A DNA stretch of 64,000 bases from contig OZ245006.1 in NCBI GenBank assembly GCA_965223545.1, positions 4,096,001-4,160,000 on the forward strand, in the 5' to 3' direction. This DNA comes from Planctomycetota bacterium. Its GTDB lineage: Bacteria > Planctomycetota > UBA1135 > UBA2386. Under the pieces are notes generated by a model. That model worked only from the letters and a program-made list of their open reading frames with translations, ran no database searches and was not told the DNA's origin. The stretch's first letter is position 1, and each line of letters starts with the position of its first letter. Both the position numbers and the translations under genes were made by a program. Below, piece by piece: positions 58,340-64,000 of the stretch.

Positions 58340-59332
58340 ATGAGCGTCTTGCGATCGTGTTGTGGATTGGCCGTCTCGTGTTTGCCGGTGACGACGGTCG
58401 CGGCACAAGCCGATCCCGGTGCACCCGGTGTCGTGGCCGCGGCGTTCGAGATCGGACTGGCCGAGCCTCGTGCGCTGGAGCTCCCCGAGACCGGTGTCGA
58501 AGCGGTGGCGCGTGCCGCGGACGTCGAAGTCGATGTGGTGGAGCGGGCGAAGCTGTTCGCGGCGACGCACGGCGAGCGCGACGTTCGCTTGGCCCGCGTC
58601 GAAGTGCCCCAGTCCTCGCCGCCGGCGTGGGCGGTGATCGCGCTCGGCGCAGACCGCTCGTTCGTTGCCGCGGCGGTCGTCGACGCCGGTGGCGCGGTCA
58701 TCGACGAGTGGCGTCACTTCATGCGAGGGCTGAAGTTCCACGACGTGCCGAGACTGGAGGGCGCCGCGCCGCGGTCGGCGCTGGCGGCGCGACGCGCCGC
58801 GGCCGAGGGCGGCGCTGGCGTGGACGCGCGGCTGACCGTCGCGCTGCTCGACATGCTGCAGCACATGAACGCGCAGGCCGCGGTCTTCAACCTGCCGAAG
58901 AACCCCGATCGCGACCCCGGCGAGGAGTCGCGGATGATGGCGGCAGAGTTCGCCGCCGTGGCGGAGCTCGCACCGGGGATGGCTCCGGTGTTGGGGGGAG
59001 CGGCAGAGCGGTTTGTGGCGATTGCGCGGGATGCCTCGGCTTCCGCCGCCGCGCTGGCAGACGCGGCCGACGCAAGGGATCGGCAGGCGGCGCGCGAGCA
59101 CCAGCGCGCGGTCATGCGCTCCTGCAAGGCCTGCCACGATTTGCCGGCGCAGGGCGGTCAAGAGCTGCGGGAGCTGTCGACGCGCCATCGCGTACGGCTC
59201 GGGATCGGCGATGGCTACTACCAAGTCGGACACGATCTTCGCATTCGCCATCCCGATCGACAGCGCGCACAACGAGTGGCCGATGCGCTGCGGGTGGGGG
59301 CCCTGCTGATCGACGCCGCTGCGGCGCAATAG
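58340..59332 (+). CDS. Exported monoheme c-type cytochrome (c'-like helical domain)
   Basis: RBS AAGGAG; signal peptide; single CKACH after Ala-rich helices. Confidence 0.7.
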   Translation: MSVLRSCCGLAVSCLPVTTVAAQADPGAPGVVAAAFEIGLAEPRALELPETGVEAVARAADVEVDVVERAKLFAATHGERDVRLARVEVPQSSPPAWAVIALGADRSFVAAAVVDAGGAVIDEWRHFMRGLKFHDVPRLEGAAPRSALAARRAAAEGGAGVDARLTVALLDMLQHMNAQAAVFNLPKNPDRDPGEESRMMAAEFAAVAELAPGMAPVLGGAAERFVAIARDASASAAALADAADARDRQAAREHQRAVMRSCKACHDLPAQGGQELRELSTRHRVRLGIGDGYYQVGHDLRIRHPDRQRAQRVADALRVGALLIDAAAAQ

Positions 59333-59388
59333 GCGTTCGCGGGCGGCAACGTGCGCCAGCGGGTATCGTTGCCGCCGCGGAGGTCGCG

Positions 59389-61827
59389 ATGCAGAACCGC
59401 TGGTTGATCGGTGTGCTGTTCCTCGCCCTGTGTGGCGCCGTGGTGTTCGGTCTGTGGCGGGGGTTCGCCGGCGAACCCGTCGTGCCGCAAGCACCGTCGC
59501 GGGGTGGTGACAACGCGCCCGCGTCGGCGTTGCAGGGCGACGTCGAGGAGGTTGCCGGAGGCGGTGGGGTCGATGCGGCGACCGACGAGGACCGGCGCGT
59601 CGCGGCGGCGGGAGCCGCGACGCAGGCGGGGCCCACCGCGACTTTGCGTGTGCACGCCCGTTGGCCGGGGCCTGCGCCGGCGGCCGATGTGATGATCTAC
59701 TTGCGGCGCGGCGAGCGGGGCTTGCCCTACACGGCCTTCGCGCGGGCGCGCACCGACGCCGAAGGCGTGGCGGTGTTCTCCGGCGTGGTGCCCGGCAAGC
59801 TCCGCTTGGCGTCGGACCGCGGCGACCGCACGACGATCGACGTGGCGGCGGGCGAACAAGATGTCGACTTCGATCTCGAAGGCGGTGTCGCCGTGGTGGG
59901 GACCGTGCGCGATGCCGATGGCGCCGGGGTCGCTGGAGCCGAGATCTGGCTGCAGACGTCCAGCACCGGTTGGAGCGGCGGGCGCGTGGTCGCGATCAGC
60001 GCTGCGGACGGCACGTTCGAGCTCGAGCAGATCGGTCCGAGCCTGTCGATCGGTGCGCTCGCCGGTGGCTTCACGCGTTCTACGCTCGTGGATCTCGACG
60101 TCGTCGAAAAGGACCCGCCTCCCGCGCGCGTCGATCTGCAGCTCGGACCGCCCGGGGGTGGGTTGGCCGGCGTGGTGACCGATGTGGACGGAGCGCCGGT
60201 GGAAGGCGCACTGGTCGCCGCCGGCGCCAATCCACGCCACCTGGACTACCGCGGTGACCGCGTGATCGAGCAGTGGACAGTGCGTCACGCCGAGACCGAT
60301 GCCGAAGGCCGGTTCTCCATCCCCGGGCTGCCCACCGGAGCGATGCCGGTGGCGGTGCGAGCCGCGGGATTCGGGCTGTGGCGCGACGAAGTGCGCATCG
60401 AGACCGGTGGCACCACGACGATCCACCCGCGACTTGCCGCGAGCGCGACTGTCGCCGGCGTTGTGCGCGAGACCGACGGCAGCCCGATTGCCAATGCGCG
60501 CGTGCGCGTCTACGACGTCGCGCCGCGCACGCCGTTCCTCGCCGGGGGGCAAATCGACTTCGACGAGATCTTTGGCTATCGCGGAGCGGTGAGCGACGCC
60601 GAGGGCCGCTATCGCATCGACGGAGTCACACCGGGAACGGCGCACGCGTTTGCCCAGCGGCCGCGCGGTCGCGGTCGCGATGGTGTTTCCGTGGCGTACG
60701 TGCGCACCGAGCTTGCGGTCCCCGCAGGAGCCGAGATCGAGTGGGACCCGGTCATCGACAATGGTCGCTCGATCGAGGGCGTCGTGCTCTATCGCGACGG
60801 ACACCCGATGCCGGGTCTGTTCATCACTCTGGCTGACGAGCGCAGCGAGATGGAGCACGTGATCGTCAGCGATTCCAAGGGCGTGTTTCGCTTCCACTGT
60901 CTCGACGACACGAGCTACGAGGTTCGAGTGCAGCTCTGGGATCCGCCCAAAGGCGAGCCACCGCTGAGACAGGCCGGCGTCGTCCCCGATCGCGGTCGCA
61001 TCGAGTTGCGGGTTGGCTATGACAAGCCCGTCAAGGAGGAGCCGGGGCGAGTGACCGGCCGCATCGACGATGCCGGCCAGCGCATCTCCAATCCCCTGGC
61101 CGCCCGCGTCGTGATGCACTCGGACCAGCGATGGTTTCGCGAAGACGGCAAGATCGAGAATGGTGCGTTCAGCTTCGACGACGTAACGCCTTGCCGGTTC
61201 CGCCTCAGCTTGATGGAAGGCGAGCAAGCGTTGGCGTACAGCGACTGGTTCGAGCTTCCCGCCGGTGGGGTGGTCGACGCGGGCGTGCTGCGCACCGAGC
61301 CGGCCGGGGCCGTGCGGATTCTCCTGAATCGCGGAGACGGCGCCGACATGCTGGAGCCCAAGCTGTACCTCAAGGAGGTGGGATCGCCGCGCAGCACCGT
61401 GGTGGCGGTCGGTCGACGCAGCGAGTGTCTGGTCGAAAACCTGACTCCCGGCGACTACGAGGTCACGGGGTATTTCCGCGGGATGGTCCCACTGCGCGGC
61501 ACACTGACGGTCACCGTGGGAAGTGTGGCCGACGCCACCTTCGCGCTGCGGCGCGGTGCCTCGTGCACGATCGAGGTGTGGTGGCCGGAGGGCCACAGCG
61601 GCTCCACGCGACGCGGCTATCGATTCGTCGACGCGGATGGCGCCACCCTGCACGAGTTCGAGAGCGCGCTGCACACGATGCCGACGCGGCCGTACGAGCT
61701 GCGCGCGACGTTGCCACCTGGCGTCTTCCGGCTGGAGTTCTGGACCGATGACGATCTGCGCGGCGAGCTCGAGTTGACGGTGCCCGACAGCTACGAAGAG
61801 GTGAAGCAGCGGATGGACCTGCGGTAA
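59389..61827 (+). CDS. Membrane-anchored carboxypeptidase-regulatory-like repeat protein
   Basis: RBS GGAGG; N-terminal TM; repeats G.V.D.DG.P, TDAEGRF. Confidence 0.78.
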   Translation: MQNRWLIGVLFLALCGAVVFGLWRGFAGEPVVPQAPSRGGDNAPASALQGDVEEVAGGGGVDAATDEDRRVAAAGAATQAGPTATLRVHARWPGPAPAADVMIYLRRGERGLPYTAFARARTDAEGVAVFSGVVPGKLRLASDRGDRTTIDVAAGEQDVDFDLEGGVAVVGTVRDADGAGVAGAEIWLQTSSTGWSGGRVVAISAADGTFELEQIGPSLSIGALAGGFTRSTLVDLDVVEKDPPPARVDLQLGPPGGGLAGVVTDVDGAPVEGALVAAGANPRHLDYRGDRVIEQWTVRHAETDAEGRFSIPGLPTGAMPVAVRAAGFGLWRDEVRIETGGTTTIHPRLAASATVAGVVRETDGSPIANARVRVYDVAPRTPFLAGGQIDFDEIFGYRGAVSDAEGRYRIDGVTPGTAHAFAQRPRGRGRDGVSVAYVRTELAVPAGAEIEWDPVIDNGRSIEGVVLYRDGHPMPGLFITLADERSEMEHVIVSDSKGVFRFHCLDDTSYEVRVQLWDPPKGEPPLRQAGVVPDRGRIELRVGYDKPVKEEPGRVTGRIDDAGQRISNPLAARVVMHSDQRWFREDGKIENGAFSFDDVTPCRFRLSLMEGEQALAYSDWFELPAGGVVDAGVLRTEPAGAVRILLNRGDGADMLEPKLYLKEVGSPRSTVVAVGRRSECLVENLTPGDYEVTGYFRGMVPLRGTLTVTVGSVADATFALRRGASCTIEVWWPEGHSGSTRRGYRFVDADGATLHEFESALHTMPTRPYELRATLPPGVFRLEFWTDDDLRGELELTVPDSYEEVKQRMDLR

Positions 61828-61843
61828 CCCCGTCGCGGCGCGT

Positions 61844-62842
61844 TCAGCCCGCCGTCAGCAGGCCGTGCTCGATGAGCACGTCGCGGACGATCGGCTGCAA
61901 GAGGGCGGCCAGGCCCGCGTTGGCGTATCCCGCGAAGGCGACGTTGGTCGTCGTGTCGAGCGGCGCGTCGAGCGCGCCGCCGTCGGGCGCGGTGACGACG
62001 CAACCCGCCTCGGTCGCGATCAGCGCGGTGCAGAGATCGTACGGGCGGCTGCAGAGGGACGATGGGACGCCGAGCGCGCGGTGCACGAGCGGGCGGACGT
62101 CGAGGACGAATCGGTCGCGGCCCAGGGCCAGCTCGGCGAGCTGGCCGCCCGAAGAGATGTACTGGTCGGTGTAGATCTCGGCCTTGTCCGGGTTCCAGCC
62201 GCCGTGTGCGCGGCGCAAGATCTCCTCCTCGACGCGGGCGGTGAGCTCCTTGCCTCCCTGAAAGAAGTTGGCGACCGAGGCGAACCCGTGCGCCAGGTCG
62301 GTGCGCGCGGTCGGCACCACCGGCAGCGCCGCGCGATCGCCATCGGCAAACCATTCGCGCCAACCCTGTGCACCGCCGCCCCGTTTGGCCCACAGCACGT
62401 CGCCACACGCGGCGCGCGACGTCGGCAGCTCGGTCATCACCGCGCACTGCAGGTCGGAAAGCCGGGTCTCGGCCCCGCGCTCTGGCGCGACCGCGGCCAA
62501 GCACCACGCCGACCGCTTATCGTACATCAACCCGCGCGTGCCATCGATCGGATCGAAGATCACCCGCAGCTCCGGCCCCGAGGCCCCGGGCCTGCCGAAC
62601 AATCGCCCGCCCTCGGGCTCGATTCCCTCGGCCACCAGCACGAAGCACTGCTGCTTGCCCCAAGCCTCGCACCGCGGCAACAAGACCTCCTCCGCCACCA
62701 CGTCGATGCCGAAGATCGTGTCGCCAAGATCGTCCCGCGCACTCCGGCTCAGCTGCGCCGCGCTCTGCGCGACCAGACTCGCGCGCAGCGCCTCGCGCAC
62801 GGCGCGCTGGATCTCGATCAACCGCGGAATCGCATCCCGCAT
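61844..62842 (-). CDS. Inositol monophosphatase (FIG superfamily) protein
   Basis: D...EE, AEG, DPIDGT, PYD. Confidence 0.85.
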   Translation of the reverse strand: MRDAIPRLIEIQRAVREALRASLVAQSAAQLSRSARDDLGDTIFGIDVVAEEVLLPRCEAWGKQQCFVLVAEGIEPEGGRLFGRPGASGPELRVIFDPIDGTRGLMYDKRSAWCLAAVAPERGAETRLSDLQCAVMTELPTSRAACGDVLWAKRGGGAQGWREWFADGDRAALPVVPTARTDLAHGFASVANFFQGGKELTARVEEEILRRAHGGWNPDKAEIYTDQYISSGGQLAELALGRDRFVLDVRPLVHRALGVPSSLCSRPYDLCTALIATEAGCVVTAPDGGALDAPLDTTTNVAFAGYANAGLAALLQPIVRDVLIEHGLLTAG

Positions 62843-62866
62843 GAGACCTGGTATGCTCGCCGCAAA

Positions 62867-62939
62867 GGGTCCTTAGCTCAACGGTTAGAGCAGCCGGCTC
62901 ATAACCGGTAGGTTGTGGGTTCGAATCCCGCAGGGCCCA
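62867..62939 (+). tRNA. tRNA with CAT anticodon, most likely tRNA-Ile2 (lysidine); CCA not encoded
   Basis: GGGTCCTTAGCTCA...GCCGGCTCATAACCGGT...TTCGAATCC...AGGGCCCA; paired 1:72 rules out initiator tRNA; extended -10 TGGTATGCT upstream. Confidence 0.9.
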
Positions 62940-63008
62940 TGTCCGCGGAGGGGTGTGGACGGGAGCGAGAGCGCGTCTCGCATTGGTTCTCGAAAGCGGG
63001 GGTGGGGC

Positions 63009-63035
63009 GTGTGCACTCTGGTGTGCACTCTGGTG
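63009..63035. repeat. Tandem direct repeat GTGTGCACTCTG x2 (integrase arm-site-like)
   Basis: Exact 12-bp copies at 63009-63020 and 63021-63032. Confidence 0.7.
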
Positions 63036-63205
63036 CCCCGGAGGCGCAGGTGGCGGCCGCCACCATGGCCCTTAAATGCCGCCGCCCCCACAGCCGGCAA
63101 GCACGCAGGGGCGAACAGGTTTACGGACGCCGCGCCGAAGCGCGACGTTCGGCAGCGTAGGGCGGCCGGCAGCCCGACGCAAGCGCTGACCAACAGGGGC
63201 TCGCG

Positions 63206-64000
63206 ATGAGCGCCGCCCCCAAACTTGCGACGGCCGCGCATCGCCGCCGTGTGCAGTGGGTTCCGTTGCCTCTCGGAGATCGGCACCCGGCAGCAGAATT
63301 GCTCGCGCTTGTGCGTGCCGACGTACCCGTGCCGGCGTCGCCGTCTGCGGTGGCCCATCGGCTCGGTTGCTCAGCGCGCACCGTGCGCCGTGGCATTCTG
63401 GCGGCGATGGACGACCGACTCCTCGAGGAGCACGGTGGCGTGCTCGTTCCGGGTGCGGAGTGGTCGCGCTGGTGGCACGGACGCGCGTGGGCGCCGCTGC
63501 CCATGCAGATGCTCCGGGAGGGCACCGCGGCCACTCGCCGAGCTGCAGCCGCCCTCCTGGGCGAGGCTCAGCGCGATCGTCGGGGGGTGCCTACGATCGA
63601 CGAGCTCGCGGCACGCGTCGGGGGCGGTCGCCACACGATCTACGCGGGGCTCGACCTGCTGGTGGAAGCGGGGCTGGCGGAGCCGGTCCGCTGCCATCGC
63701 CGAGGGGTTCGACTGACCCGGTTCCGGGTCACGAGTGATCTCCGGTGGTCCACTGCGCTCGCCCCTGAGCGGGCGGCAGAGCTTGGCCAACTGGCCGCCC
63801 GCCGATCGTCGGATGCCTCCCGACTGCGGGACTCTCGGGGCCGATTTGCCGCTACCGGACATGGACAAACCAGCACTCCGGGACGTGGACAAACGAGCAC
63901 GCCCCCACTACAGACTTCCAAGGAAGTACAGCCCCCACAGGCTCGCCCGCGGCTCGCAGCCGGTGGCGAGCAATCTTCTCGAAAGGGATTCAGTGGTCTG
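63206..64000 (+). CDS. Double-HTH protein, putative replication initiator; 3'-truncated and not in ORF track
   Basis: Hand translation open for 265 codons to window end; HTH-like SAVAHRLGCSARTVRR and TIDELAARVGGGRHTIYAGLDLLVEAG. Confidence 0.6.
   Translation, partial: MSAAPKLATAAHRRRVQWVPLPLGDRHPAAELLALVRADVPVPASPSAVAHRLGCSARTVRRGILAAMDDRLLEEHGGVLVPGAEWSRWWHGRAWAPLPMQMLREGTAATRRAAAALLGEAQRDRRGVPTIDELAARVGGGRHTIYAGLDLLVEAGLAEPVRCHRRGVRLTRFRVTSDLRWSTALAPERAAELGQLAARRSSDASRLRDSRGRFAATGHGQTSTPGRGQTSTPPLQTSKEVQPPQARPRLAAGGEQSSRKGFSGL
63857..63904. repeat. Two 24-bp iteron-like direct repeats within the HTH gene
   Basis: GGACATGGACAAACCAGCACTCCG / GGACGTGGACAAACGAGCACGCCC. Confidence 0.65.

Larger units (their letters stand above)
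62940..64000. mobile_element. Probable left end of an element integrated at the tRNA 3' end
   Basis: Follows tRNA; tandem 12-bp repeats; shift in codon usage; HTH/Rep-like ORF; no integrase within window. Confidence 0.5.

Noticed and set aside
62913..63209. Short ORFs overlapping or following the tRNA
   Set aside because: They start inside the tRNA, run through the repeat region and have no recognisable motifs

Overview
High-GC (roughly 70%) bacterial chromosome segment, most likely Planctomycetota. The BatA/vWA/prenyltransferase-repeat operon, carboxypeptidase-regulatory-repeat proteins, a membrane-anchored ECF sigma factor and the PVC-type GyrA motif HPHGESVVYP all point that way. Positions 1-16.9 kb hold a tightly coupled envelope operon ending in three HtrA-like genes, two of which have lost all catalytic triad residues. 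The rest is mostly housekeeping and metal handling: an ABC importer, lexA, an ECF/anti-sigma/RseB-like trio, cyaY, moxR, fabI, mutY, gyrA, rpiA, feoAB, murJ and two tRNAs. The window ends in what looks like the left end of an element integrated at a tRNA(CAT). Best leads: (1) a lexA operon with an unannotated 57-aa membrane peptide, a CDGSH Fe-S protein and two inverted GTTC-N7-GTTA operator-like sites over a sigma70 promoter; (2) a possible HtrA heterotrimer of one active and two dead subunits; (3) a structured RNA plus terminator just upstream of cyaY; (4) a GAFTGA-less, probably ATPase-dead NtrC-type regulator beside a small unknown gene with a sigma54-like promoter. All family calls come from motif recognition by eye, and no database searches were run. 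Start codons were re-picked by hand where the ORF track over-extends.
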